From positions 2,923,106 through 2,987,105 of the forward strand of contig CAVNZM010000003.1 in the NCBI GenBank assembly GCA_963693365.1: a stretch of 64,000 bases of DNA. The letters run 5' to 3'. Origin of the DNA: Amoebidium appalachense. Lineage: Eukaryota; Protista; Ichthyosporea. Position numbers and translations under genes: made by a program. Each line of letters starts with the position of its first letter. Within the stretch, counting starts at the first letter, position 1. Shown here piece after piece: positions 48,142-60,269 of this stretch. Under the pieces are notes generated by a model. It was not told where the DNA came from. It searched no databases and saw nothing but the letters and a program-made list of their open reading frames with translations.

Positions 48142-48906
48142 CTACGTGTAGGGGCCCAGCACGTCCATGCAGTAGAGTATGAGGTACCAGAGGGCAAGCA
48201 GGCAGCAGGCGAGCAGTGTGTATCCCAACGTGGTCAGAAACCCGTTCTCCAAAAACCCAAACTCCCACAAGTTCCAGTGGAGCTCGTCAAACACAATGCC
48301 TGCCAGTGCAAGGCCTGCATGCACGCACACGCACAGCACAATGTTCCTGGTGAGCACGGGCACGGACAGGGAGAGCATGTACCGTGCACAGACGAGGGTG
48401 GCACACGCCAGCACGCCCCTCAACACAAGAAACACGTAGCCAAACACCGACGGTTCAAACACGCACGTCATGCCATAGAGGGCACTTAGGGGGAGGAGGG
48501 AGGCACACACCATGTACGCCACGGCCCGTGGGAAGAACAACGTGGTCGTCACACGCATGGATCGGGCCCAGCACGCTGCTGCCAGCATGTAGGCGAGGGG
48601 GGAGGCCACATACAGCCACGAGCCCAGCCAGTAGGGTGCCCACATCACACAGTGCCCGGCCACGTCAGGGTGGGTGTCCACGTCGAGCCAGGCATACGCC
48701 ACCCATTGTGCCTGGCACATGACCACACCTGTGAGGGGTAGGATGATGAGCCAAAACATGCATGTACGTTTGGCAAGTTCCGGAATGAGTACGGCTGTGC
48801 CGTAGGACGCCACCACGAGTGCAACACACATGATGGCACAGCAGGTGGTAAAATATATACGTGCAAGGTCGACAATCATTCTCACAACTGAGTTGCCTAC
48901 TACCAT
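48142..48906 (-). CDS. Multi-pass membrane protein (~7 predicted TM helices)
   Basis: Seven ~20-25-aa hydrophobic stretches in 254 aa, identified by eye. Confidence 0.7.
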   Translation of the reverse strand: MVVGNSVVRMIVDLARIYFTTCCAIMCVALVVASYGTAVLIPELAKRTCMFWLIILPLTGVVMCQAQWVAYAWLDVDTHPDVAGHCVMWAPYWLGSWLYVASPLAYMLAAACWARSMRVTTTLFFPRAVAYMVCASLLPLSALYGMTCVFEPSVFGYVFLVLRGVLACATLVCARYMLSLSVPVLTRNIVLCVCVHAGLALAGIVFDELHWNLWEFGFLENGFLTTLGYTLLACCLLALWYLILYCMDVLGPYT

Positions 48907-48957
48907 CTCCGTACGAAAAAATGTGCAACCATAATAAAAGGGAAAAACAAGACCAAG

Positions 48958-49533
48958 ATGTCTAACGTAACCAGGCTCAATCTGCTCACGCGTGCAGGCG
49001 GGTACGTGGGTGTGCTAGCCCACCCATCTACTGAAGCCTACGACCTCGTGTTCCCAAAACACCCACCCAAGGAAGGGGAGATGTTGGTTTGCACAGAAAA
49101 GGGGCTAGAGTGGAGACCCTTTACAGAGTGGTTGAAAGAGAATGCAAGCACCATCAGGGACGTGCTACTGCACGAGCACCCCACCCCCTCCCCCCGGCCA
49201 GACACCCCTTTCCCCCACGACCTCCTCTCCCCTACACCCCCCTTTGAGCCCCTCTTTGCCTTCCCCTCCCCACCCCAGTCACCCCCTCCCCCACCACAAG
49301 AGCTACAATCCGCCGTGCTCACCCTACTCGACGATGATGAGGGTATGGCCTCAAGCACAGGCAGCACGGACACGGAAAAGGACGTCACCCCATTGCACCC
49401 ACACCCCCTCATCCCCGACCACCCCATCAAGCTCCAGGCACCCCCTGCCCCCAAGGCCAAAAAAACGACCAGAAAGACCACCAACACCCGCAGGCCAAGA
49501 AGGGTGCCCGAGGAGAAAGTGTCAACCGACTAG
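48958..49533 (+). CDS. Third fibre-N-domain paralog with Pro-rich/basic tail
   Basis: GGYVGVLAHPSTEAYDLVFPKHPPKEGEMLVCTEKGLEW aligns with the N-termini of 27027 and 28628. Confidence 0.7.
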   Translation: MSNVTRLNLLTRAGGYVGVLAHPSTEAYDLVFPKHPPKEGEMLVCTEKGLEWRPFTEWLKENASTIRDVLLHEHPTPSPRPDTPFPHDLLSPTPPFEPLFAFPSPPQSPPPPPQELQSAVLTLLDDDEGMASSTGSTDTEKDVTPLHPHPLIPDHPIKLQAPPAPKAKKTTRKTTNTRRPRRVPEEKVSTD

Positions 49534-49554
49534 TAGCGAGCGCAGGAAACCACC

Positions 49555-50874
49555 ATGGTGGCCAGAGACAAGGGCATTGAGCAGGTGATTGAGGAGACCT
49601 ACGCCACCTTCAAGCTCCCCCCCACCGTGCAGGCACTGTGGCGGCGTGCAAAAGCAAAAGACAAGAGGGTAGGGCAACCGGCCGTGCGTGCCTACCTGTC
49701 CAGAAGAAACACCGGGCAGCAGGAATCCCTCAAGGAGGTGCTCGCCGCCCATCGTATCGAGAGGAAGGACTACCTCCCCACCACAGCACGGCCGAACAGC
49801 GTGGCGGCGGATCTGTTTTTCATGCCACGTTACTCAAAGGCAAACAGGGGGTACAAGGGGGGATTGAGCATGATTGACATGAACACGAGGCAGGCAACGG
49901 TCGTGCCCATAAAGACAAAGAGCTCAGGGAGCGGGAAGAACGAGCACCTCACCATCAGCAACGGGCCGGAGATGCAGAGGGCTGTGCACAAAGCCTTAAA
50001 GACCATCAGGGAGATGAAGGACGAAAGCAACAAAGGGGAGGAAAACCTACAACCTACAGAGGTCAAGCAGATCTTTACGGACAAGGGCACGGAGTTCCTC
50101 AGCAATACAATGAAAAAGTACTACGATCAACACGACATCACCATCCTCCCTCAAAAGCCAGGCCGAAAACCACGCAACGTGGCCATGGTAGAACGGTTCC
50201 ATCGCACCCTAAAGCAAGGATTGAGCAAGTACATGGAGGCCAACGACACGGGCAAGTGGACGGGGGAAGGGTTGGAAAACGTGTTGGAGGATTACAACGA
50301 CACGTACCATGGTTCGATCGGTAGAGAGCCCAACAAGATGACCCAGAGGGCCGAACGGTGGAACAGCATCAACACGTGGCTGGAGAACAGGAAGCAAAAA
50401 GGTAAGCTACGTGCCAAGATGGGGCACACGGAGGGCGTGCACGTGCGTGCACTCAAAAAGCCAAAGGGACCGTTTGAAAAGGAGGGAAGAAACTGGTCCA
50501 AGGACGTCTACACGCTCGCCTACAAGGATGCAAGTGGGTGGGCGCTACGCAACGCGGCTACAGGGGAGATGAGGAAACACACGCCAGGCCTACGCTACGC
50601 TTGGCCAGACACCATGCTAAAGAAGGTACCACCTACCAGCGTGTCTGTACCGCCCAGCAGCGGGATGCGTGCAGCTCGCAAGGAGACAGCCAAGGAGAGG
50701 GCTCGCGAGGAGCTGGCGTTTGAAGGGCGCGAGCTGGTGCGCCAGAAGGGCACGCGTGCACAAGCCCAAAAGGAAAAGGAAAAACGAAAGGCACAGGAAC
50801 TGAGAAAACTGGAGTTTGCCCACCAACAGGAGCAAACGGGTCTGCGTCGCAGTGAAAAGCGTGCACGCCGCTAG
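49555..50874 (+). CDS. int: Retroviral-like (rve) DDE integrase of the Polinton
   Basis: AADLFFM (D), IDMNTR, IFTDKGTEF (D), VERFHRTLK (E), YNDTYHGSIGREP. Confidence 0.95.
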   Translation: MVARDKGIEQVIEETYATFKLPPTVQALWRRAKAKDKRVGQPAVRAYLSRRNTGQQESLKEVLAAHRIERKDYLPTTARPNSVAADLFFMPRYSKANRGYKGGLSMIDMNTRQATVVPIKTKSSGSGKNEHLTISNGPEMQRAVHKALKTIREMKDESNKGEENLQPTEVKQIFTDKGTEFLSNTMKKYYDQHDITILPQKPGRKPRNVAMVERFHRTLKQGLSKYMEANDTGKWTGEGLENVLEDYNDTYHGSIGREPNKMTQRAERWNSINTWLENRKQKGKLRAKMGHTEGVHVRALKKPKGPFEKEGRNWSKDVYTLAYKDASGWALRNAATGEMRKHTPGLRYAWPDTMLKKVPPTSVSVPPSSGMRAARKETAKERAREELAFEGRELVRQKGTRAQAQKEKEKRKAQELRKLEFAHQQEQTGLRRSEKRARR

Positions 50875-51233
50875 GTGTGACCTGCCCATTCTGGAAAAAC
50901 CATCCGTCTTGAAAAAAAAACAGAGACGCCCCACCAACCAGCCACCGCGAAAACTGGCCATTTTGGGATGATTGCGCAAACAGGGGACGCCCCACCAACC
51001 AGCGACCGCCAAAACTAGCCCAATTTGGTCGCCTTCCAAATCAGGCTAATCCTCCATGTGCGGACCCCAGGCCCAGGTCCGGATCAGGCCCGTGCGGGTC
51101 GGTTCGGGCCGGCCTGGTCAGATTTGGGTCGCGTCGACCCGTTAACGACCCGGCCCGACCCGACCCGGGCTAATCTGGACCGGCCCGTGGCCCGCGAAAT
51201 TTTCACAGCACACAGGTGCGGGACTGTGTGATC

Positions 51234-51779
51234 ATGGGGCTGGGCAGCTGCTGCGGGGTGTACAAGGTCACACAGGACAAGAGGAAGGCCGGAGTGGACA
51301 CTGACAAGGTGCAGACACCAGCATGGGTGCTGGATGCACTCGAAAAGGAGTTTGGCGCACTCAATGACCCCTGCCCCATCACCTGGCGGGAGGGGGAGGA
51401 CCCTTGCGCACTCACAGACGACGACGTGTGGTCCACCGAGAAAATAAACTATGTCAACCCTCCCTTCTCTGAGATTCCCCCATTTTTACGCATGGCCATA
51501 CGAATGTACATATCCAAGGGTAGAAAGAGCGTGCTGCTCGTGCCTGCACGCACGGAGGCACGCTGGTTCCATGACCTGGCCTTCAGGTACGCCGCAGAGA
51601 TACGCATCCTGAGGGGTAGGATCAAGTTTGAGGGGTTCAAGAGGCCATCGCCAGAGGGCGTGTGCCTGCTTTTGTTCACAGAGCCTCAGCCTGTCGGTGG
51701 CCCGCGTGTAGTGTCGTGGATGCCTGAGGCATACCCGCGCAGCTCAAAGGCAGGGGCCGTGTTGGGGCTGGATTTCTAG
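51234..51779 (+). CDS. Phage-type DNA N6-adenine methyltransferase (Dam-like)
   Basis: QTP.W, DPC, NPPF catalytic motif, VLLVPART...WFH, IRILRGRIKF. Confidence 0.88.
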   Translation: MGLGSCCGVYKVTQDKRKAGVDTDKVQTPAWVLDALEKEFGALNDPCPITWREGEDPCALTDDDVWSTEKINYVNPPFSEIPPFLRMAIRMYISKGRKSVLLVPARTEARWFHDLAFRYAAEIRILRGRIKFEGFKRPSPEGVCLLLFTEPQPVGGPRVVSWMPEAYPRSSKAGAVLGLDF

Positions 51780-51854
51780 CTTAATTACTAAGATCTACTA
51801 GTAGGGTCTAGATCATAAAAATGTGTGTTAGAGTGTATGTAGTGCGTGCACACC

Positions 51855-52118
51855 ATGGCCAACACCTACCAAATCGTGCTGAACGACCAGTTTCAGCCCC
51901 TCACTGCGCGTACGTCAAACGCCACGCACACAGACTTTAGCTACTATGGCCAGCAGGCGATGGCACAGGCCGTTGCGGACAAGATATGCCCGCACGGTAC
52001 CCGCCACCCCTTCTTCCTCAAACCAAGCACCATGGCAGGGTCTGCAGCAGGCCGATTTGCTCGCCCCAGACCCACCTTTGCGGCACTCAGGCGTGCACAT
52101 GGCAGGCCCATGCACTGA
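51855..52118 (+). CDS. Small hypothetical viral protein (87 aa)
   Basis: caccATG start with AAAAATGTGTG upstream. Confidence 0.55.
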   Translation: MANTYQIVLNDQFQPLTARTSNATHTDFSYYGQQAMAQAVADKICPHGTRHPFFLKPSTMAGSAAGRFARPRPTFAALRRAHGRPMH

Positions 52119-52215
52119 CCGTTAGTGTACGTAGTAGGCCATGGCCAAGCGGGCAATTGGCAACCAAAAATAAAAATATTGTGCATGCATAAGTAAACGT
52201 GCAAGTCACGTCACC

Positions 52216-55200
52216 ATGGGGGTGTCATCGCAAGGCAGGAGCGGCAACACGCGTGTCTGTAAACAACTGTACACCTGAACTGTACATGTTTACTAAAGAA
52301 TGTGATCTACTACCACACGATTCGTGCTTTGTCATGAATATCACATAAATATTATGTCCGCACCAATAGGACTCACTCTGACCTAAGAATTGAACCATAT
52401 ATGGTTCTTCAGCTGCATACCACATAAACGAAGTGAACCAATAAGAGGTTTGCATAAATAGGACAAAGGTCTGACTGGCTCGGACCGCACCAGAATCACG
52501 AATGGCATGTTGCCACCCGCGCTGGCCGCGGATGAACCAATCCTGGGCCTTGATCCGAAACCTGGGGGCTATATAAGAAAGCCGTCCCAGTACGGGGATC
52601 ACATCAGTGAAGTCTGAGACAGACTGAGTCGGCCCATAGTAAAAGCAACCTGGCCGCGTGTGCCTTTCTACCCATTCTCTGTCTTTATTTTGATTCAGTT
52701 GTACTCTGCCTTATCCTAACTAGTCCAACTGTTTACATTGGCGACCGCGCAGTTCAAGAATCTCGCATCCTTCGAATCTCACATCTTTCAATCAGTTCAA
52801 GAATCTCACATCTTTCAATCAGCTCAAGAATCTCCCATGGCCGATCACAATCCTTTTTACCCCGATGATAGGCACATCTTTCCTTGTCCGGCTTAGAATA
52901 TATACACCTACAAGTTTGAAGTGGCCAGCCCACCTACACGGAAAGAATTGAAAGCATGTAAAACTTCTTTTGCTACGACACATCAAAAATGTGAAGAAAA
53001 ACGAATACACAACGAAACAACGAATACACGAACAAACGAATAAAGAATTGCTAACGAAGCAATGAACCAACGAAAAACGAACCATCACGAATACGCAATG
53101 AAATAAAGAATTAACGACAAACGATTGCATAGAGGAAATACGAAATGAATGCAACACGAAAACAAAACGAAGTAACGAAGTTATCAAACGACAAAAAACG
53201 AAAAACGAAAGCAAAATGAACTGGAAATACGAAAATGAAAGGACGAATGCACAACACTGCTTGGGTTGCAATGCACACAGCCCCCTCTATGTTAGGAAGA
53301 AAATAAAACCGTTGCCCTTGCGTGCATTGCCCTATTGCACACTGCCATCGTGTCCATGCCACCGCATGCACACACTCGCAAGCCAGATGCACGGCCACTT
53401 TCAGCACAAATGCACTTAACGAAGAAGATAGTCGCTGTTGCTATAGCATGTAGGACCTAAGATCTTATGAAAGTAGTGTTGCATGCATGCTTCGAATCCC
53501 TTGCTGTTCTCGAATACAGCATGCCCCATAGTGTTAAATTCTATAAGTATTTAGGATGTAAGCAGAGACACAGTGGTGCAGTGTGAAAACACCACAGACA
53601 CACACAACAACAAAACACGGAACGATCGGAGCAGTGTACACAACAGACATCAATGTTTAGACACGACTGAACTCAATTTATTTTGATCGCTAATAAATAC
53701 CTGAAATTCCCTTAAGTTAAATCCATACATGATTTCCGACCAGTCGGAAATCAGATCTATGTCTAAAATAACCAATCATAATTAACTGATTATTTCCCGG
53801 ATAGATCCGGAGACGCGGGAACACACACCATAGGTCACAGCTATAAGAAAGAAAAGAGGTGAAGAGTAACGAGGAAAGAGGTGGTGTTTCTAACCTATCA
53901 TCGGCTACAAAGACTCAGACATTTTCTGACTAAGTCCACTGATTGGATATAGTACGGCAACACACAAAACAAAAGTGGTTGACTAAGCTATGAATCATAC
54001 CTGACAAGCTAAAGTGTAACCTAAGTGTTTTTCTACCAATCAAAACATAACGAGTAATATAAATCTACTCAACGTATATTAGTGAGAGAGAAATATAATT
54101 AAATGAAAGGAAACAAGAGAAGAAAGAAAGAGAAAAGAAAAGACGAAGAAAGAGGAAAAAGAAAAGAAAGCAGGACAGAAAACACGAACAGCAAAACACA
54201 GTTATAACCGAAGATATTCATGTACACATAACATGTACACGTGTCTCCCTCACTGGGTAGACTCGTGTACCTATAATCAGTTGCTGTAATCGATATCTAA
54301 ACACACGAATATAGCCGACACAACACGATTACAAGTACTCAAATACACTGGAGATCGATGTCATAATTTACGTACAAGGAGCACATCTTTTTCATTAAGT
54401 AAATGAATGAAAACATAACACGAACTGAGAAGATCTTACAATATGTAAATACTACGTATTATAACACATAGTTTAGCGCACAGGATGCACAACATGCGCA
54501 TGAATGTATGCTGGCATGCCTAAACACATTACGAACATATGCCTGACTCATGTATGGCGGCCCTTCCTGGTGCCACGCCCTAACGAATTTGCACTCTTGG
54601 TGCACAAAAGGCATGTAAGAAAGTCGATGCAGAACTTTTGTTCATGCATGTGAAAAACAAAGAAGGTGTTGGGTACGAATTTTAAGGTGAATGCCCGTCT
54701 GTGGCAATACGGTGTAACATACCAATTACACTGTCAAGCCTTGCACTAGCTGCCGGCACACCCCCACCAGAACAAAAGAATGTGGTATGGGCACCGCTCC
54801 CTCACAACCCCATCATACAGTGTCAGTATTTTGGCTGGCAGCCTTTCAGTTTCGAATTACGAATACCCTCCTTCACTACTGAAGAAAGTGACGAGGAAGA
54901 CGAATACGAATACGAATGCAAGGTGTTGTTGACTAACACATCGGACCATCATGTGTACCTAGGCCCTGGTACGGAGGTGACCATGTTATTCCCTTGCAAT
55001 ATGATGACACTGTAACAATTTAGCACGTGCATACCCCACCAATGGGCACATGCGGGAGACAACCCCACAAGCTGCCTTATTGGGCACCTCTGCTAAAACG
55101 AATATTCTTCTCACGAAGGAACAGAAGAATGCCACGAACACGAACCACACACCCCCCAGGCAGCTACTTACGTCTGATGTATGAAAGTAGTAGGTGTGTG

Positions 55201-57288
55201 AATGGGGTAACTCCATGAACACCAACACGAAAGAAAGCACAGCACAAAGCAGTTCCACGAACACGAATGGTTTTGGTTTTCCACACAACAAACAGAACCA
55301 ACAGTAGGGCCACCTACAAAAGAAGCAGAGGATGGGGCACCATCCAGACCTGCACTGGACGATATGAAGATACGAAGCGCGCTCACGAAGTTGCTTACAA
55401 AAGAAAGGGCGACCGTGACGACTTTTCTTTTGAGGCCAAGCCTCCAGAAGAATGTATTATGCCTGGAATCCCCCTGCTCAACGAAAAATGGCTGGCAAAT
55501 GGGATACGAAAACTGCTCACGAATGGAAGCAGGTGTTTTCTGAAGGAGGCTTGCTTTGCCTACCCTCTTCTTATGAATTATGAACCGGGCTTTTACTGGT
55601 TCTGACGGGTGATATATTTCTTTATGTCGCCCAACGAAGAACACTTGGGCATTTTTATTCTGTTTTTCCCAGCTCCGATGATGCAGGGTTAAAGCTGAAA
55701 GGAAAGAAGTGCTCTTTGTTCATGAAAGAAGTGGCTTTTCCGGCCATGGTGACTCGCCTTACAGTCTTAAGGTAGAACCGGGATAAGGAGCAGCGGCTAA
55801 GCCTTGAAGCTATCCACCACTACCTGAGCTACGAAGTGACCTAAGGCTCGAGTTATATTCATTATCGAATGTTTGGTATGATCATTCATCCACACAACCA
55901 AATTACTCGCAATTGAAAACGAATCTGCGGGAGTATCCTAAAAAGGAAAAATTCCCAAAAAGGAAAATACTACTTCTACAGAAAAGCCAAGCACAGAGAC
56001 GAAGGCTTAGCGAATTATTCGCACGCACACTCTGCAACAATCTTCGCCACGAAAATGAAATCACAGAAGAATGCTGCATGAATTTACGTTTTGGCAAATG
56101 AAGAAGTGCTCATAGACGTGCACAACTCTATTCCACCGTCCTTGCTCTGTTCTGTCCAGCAGCTCGGCACACACAAGAATTCTCGCTGAAGGTTGTTTAT
56201 CGCCTCTCAGCCTGGTGGTTTGCTTGTCTAACGACACCACCAGGCTCCCGACAAGGGGGGGAGTGTAAACAACTGTACACCTGAACTGTACATGTTTACT
56301 AAAGAATGTGATCTTCTACCACACGATTCGTGCTTTGTCATGAATATCACATAAATATTATGTCCGCACCAATAGGACTCACTCTGACCTAAGAATTGAA
56401 CCATATATGGTTCTTCAGCTGCATACCACATAAACGAAGTGAACCAATAAGAGGTTTGCATAAATAGGACAAAGGTCTGACTGGCTCGGACCGCACCAGA
56501 ATCACGAATGGCATGTTGCCACCCGCGCTGGCCGCGGATGAACCAATCCTGGGCCTTGATCCGAAACCTGGGGGCTATATAAGAAAGCCGTCCCAGTACG
56601 GGGATCACATCAGTGAAGTCTGAGACAGACTGAGTCGGCCCATAGTAAAAGCAACCTGGCCGCGTGTGCCTTTCTACCCGTTCTCTGTCTTTATTTTGAT
56701 TCAGTTGTACTCTGCCTTATCCTAACTAGTCCAACTGTTTACAGTGTCATCTACGTGCAGAACCGGCCAAACAAGGCCTCAGAGGTAGCCAAGTGGGTGG
56801 GGGCCCTGGCGGGCGGTGCTGCCTTGGGGGCAGGGGGGTACTATGCATGGAAGCACAAGGGGGACATTGCGAGGGGGGTGGGCAACTACATGTACAACAA
56901 GGCTGCGGATGCTGCCACCTACACTGCAGGGAAGGCGGGGGAGGCGGGGGGGACGGTGTTCAAGGGCCTCAAGGGGGTAGCGCGTGCCACAGGCGATGCT
57001 GCCATGCAGGGCACGCAGCGTGCAGGGCAGGGCGCGCAGAATGGTGCATTCAGTGCGTGGAAGACCCTGAGGAATGGCACGAGGGATGCGGGCAACTACC
57101 TGCTGCACAACACCCAGGATGCGTTGGGATATGGTCCTTATAACTTGAATGCTGCAGGCACACGCACGGGAAACAGCTACGAGTGGAGAGGGGGCGGAGG
57201 GGGCGGTGCGCAGGTGCTTGTCGGCGGTAAGCCCTACGTCTGGCCGCCAGCCAGGTCGCCAAACGTATCGGGACGCGGCATCCTCTAA
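52216..57288 (+). pseudogene. Gly/Ala-rich membrane protein gene (193 aa reconstructed: 52216-52257 + 56749-57288), interrupted by the LTR element
   Basis: MGVSSQGRSGNTRV|IYVQNRPNK joins in frame after removing the element and one GTGTC; hydrophobic WVGALAGGAALGAGGYYAW segment. Confidence 0.75.
52258..56743 (+). mobile_element. Non-autonomous LTR retrotransposon (LARD-like), 4486 bp
   Basis: 480-bp LTRs at 52258-52737 and 56264-56743 (TGTAAAC...GTTTACA, two mismatches seen). PBS tggcgaccgcg; PPT aagggggggag; TSD GTGTC; no long internal ORF. Confidence 0.93.
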
Positions 57289-57573
57289 TGGAACCTTCCG
57301 TTTATGGTAAGTGTGCAGGGAAAAACCGTTGGCGGGCGGTGCGAGCGGCCAATCAAATTTTGTAGAATTTGTTGACTTGCATTCCATTGGCGACTCCCCT
57401 GCGCTCCTATTGGACGCCTAGGGCAACAGGAGTCACCGAATTTTGGAGCACGGTAGCGTGTGTGCACCGGAGGGCACAAAAGCCACCTGCAAACGTTCCT
57501 TCTTCAAACACTTTTTCTTATATTCTAAGCCACTCTAGCCTGGTCTTTTTGCAAGCAGCGAACTTTGGAAACC

Positions 57574-58674
57574 ATGGCAGACCTCTCCTTCCTGCCCCCT
57601 CTAGATCTAGACGATGCTGATGTTCTTGCTGCCGCCGCAGCAGCCATTTCTGTGCCAGCCCGCAGGCCTCCTCCTGGCCGCACCTTCTCCTGGCATCTCA
57701 AAGATTTGGATCTTGACACTGTTCTGCTGTGACCCTTCTACGCATCCTACCGCACGCTTGCTGAGGGGTATGCAGCACAGCCCAGTGTTTCCGCCAACGC
57801 AGCGTCCTTCCTCCTCTCCGCCAAGAAAGGTGACTTCTTCGCTGGCTATGATGCAGGGGGCGAAGTCTACTTCCAAAAACGCTTCACGGGTCTAGATGAC
57901 TTTGATGGGGCATGGCTCCCTGAGATGCTGGTGCGTGGTACCATCTCTGAGCCTGCAGAACTGGCTGAACTGCACGGCAAGTCGCTTTTGGCAACACTCG
58001 CGTGCCGCAACGCCCTCATGCTCAAGGGGGTGGCTGCTGCTGTGGTAGACATCCTCCTACCGCAGTTCACAGAGCATGAGAGATCCACTAGGCACAAGGT
58101 AGAGACAGACCCTCAGTTGGTTGGCGACTACATGCAGAGGTACCTGGAGGAGATAGAGGCCAACTGGGAGCCCATCGTCGGGATGTGCAAGGCAGGACTC
58201 ACTCCCCACAGGGAGAGAGAGGTGGCCCGCCACCTGGCTCGTGTTGTTGCTGGCTTCCTGCAGACCATGGTGGCCACTGCAAAGGCAGCCAAGTTGAAGT
58301 CCACGCCCCTCTTCAAAGGGGTCGCCATGGATGTCCTCCATGACATGCAGGCATTGCTGCGTGGGGTTGCGAATGAGCGTATGTATGGTGCAGGTGAGAA
58401 GATTGTGTTTGCAGGGCTGATCAAGAAAAACATCCACAAGGAGGCACCATCACGGCGCAAGTCCGGCACGTTCATCGACATTGCCCCCAAGGAGAAGGAA
58501 AACCTTGCCCCCCTCCGCAGCAGCAGCACCAACAGCAACACCCCCTACAACAACAACAACAACATCATGACGGTCGGTGCCCCCTACTTCTACGGTAGGA
58601 CCCGGGTGCCTAACTTACTCCGTACCTCAGCGGCACCGCCCCTCAAGACTGTGAACCAAGGCTACATGGGCTAG
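57574..58674 (+). pseudogene. Hypothetical viral protein (~366 codons) with one in-frame TGA at 57730
   Basis: ATG 57574 is in frame with ORF 57925-58674, with a single stop. Upstream CCAAT boxes include the TIR motif tattggacgcct. Confidence 0.65.
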
Positions 58675-58789
58675 TGCACAGGATAGGGGGGCAGTGCCCT
58701 AAACTTTGCCATTTTTAATTTTTTTAGTAAAGTACCTTAAAGTTTGAGCATGCCATGGCCTCATTAACATAGACACCGTTGTGATTTGT

Positions 58790-59207
58790 GTATACATAGT
58801 GGGCAGTGCCCTTTATTTTCACGTTTTTTTTCTTCTTCTTTTATACAAAGAATTGAACCGCCGGCAAAAATAAACTTTTGTTTTTTTACGAAAGTTCCAA
58901 GAAAAAAAACAGAGCACAAGCTGAAGACTACCATGGTGCATTGCACACGTGTGCCTGCACGTGTGCGTGTGTGTGTGCATGTGTGTGCATGTGTGTGCAT
59001 GTGTGTGCCAAAACACTCTAACAAAAATCTATGAAGATTTTAACGATAAAAAATAAAAAAACTTTGTGATCTGTGGATGCATTGGGCGGAGCCCTTTATT
59101 TTCACGTTTTTTTTTCTACAAAGAAAACCGACGGCAAAAAGATCCAAGGAAAAAAAACAGAGCACAAGTTGAAGACTACTATGGTGCATTGCACACGTGT
59201 GCCTGCA

Positions 59208-59252
<45 letters not shown>

Positions 59253-59335
59253 ATGTGTGTGTGTGCATGTGTGTGCATGTGTGTGTGCATGTGTTTGTGC
59301 ATGTGTGTGTGCATGTGTGTGGGTGGGTGTGTGTG

Positions 59336-59392
<57 letters not shown>

Positions 59393-59403
59393 ATGTGTGT
59401 GTG

Positions 59404-59443
<40 letters not shown>

Positions 59444-59445
59444 TC
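58790..59445. repeat. Diverged ~280-bp tandem duplication plus (TG)n/tgca microsatellite next to the right TIR
   Basis: gccctttattttcacg..aaaacagagcacaag.tgaagactac.atggtgcattgcacacgtgtgcc occurs twice (~58808 and ~59091). Confidence 0.8.
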
Positions 59446-59516
59446 TAAACGTTGCTGTTTGGCCCGTGGGGTGGCTCTGCCACAACCACTTGGTAGACCT
59501 TCGCGGTCTCCGATGT

Positions 59517-60269
59517 TAAATCTCAAGTATCAATCTACTTAATAATTACTAGGCTAAGCCTGGCTGTGCCAGGGCAACGCCTCAATAAAGAACGGTATGC
59601 AAAATAACAAGCCTGTGCCTGTGCAATAAATCTCCAAAGCAAACATCTTGCAAAAAACAACGTCGGTACGTGTTTGTTTGTGTGTGTGTGGTCGCGGCGG
59701 CCGCCTGTGTACCTAAGGCGTCCAATAAGAGACCCAGATAGACCGATCCGGGCGCTCATTGGACGCCTTGGGGATGGAATGTGCTGTCCTTAATGCTCAT
59801 TGGACGCCTTGTGCGGCAATTTGCTTTTTTGAGCCGAATTATCATTGGCCGCCCTGCGCATCCGTAATACCATTGGACGCCTTGTACATGGAATTCAGAA
59901 TTCGAATTCTTATTGGACGCCTTGCGCAAACCTTCGCATTCCTTTGATCCGCACTTGTGTACGCACCACATGTACGCGTACACGTACGCGTACACGTGTT
60001 CCGCCCTCTCTCTCTTTAATTGATTAATCATTTAGTTAAAACCACGTGCTCTGCACGTGTTTTACACACACACACACACACACAGTGTGTGCACGTGCTC
60101 ATGTACATATATCCACCCATATCACATATATCCCATATCGCGATATGTGTACACAGATATCACATATCTCATATTCACATATCCCATATCCTAAGGGGTG
60201 CGGGACCGCGTGAATGTGACGTCACTTGTGACGTCACCATTCACGGGGTGCCGCGCCCCTTATTGTAGT
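59517..60269 (-). repeat. Right terminal inverted repeat (753 bp)
   Basis: Ends ..gccgcgccccttattgtagt, followed by the TSD tcgac. Confidence 0.95.

Noticed and set aside
48142-48906. Calling the 7-TM protein a functional rhodopsin
   Set aside because: No retinal-binding Lys in helix 7 and only loose helix-C similarity.
52225-52602. 125-aa ORF duplicated at 56228-56608
   Set aside because: Lies antisense within the LTRs and has no protein motifs.
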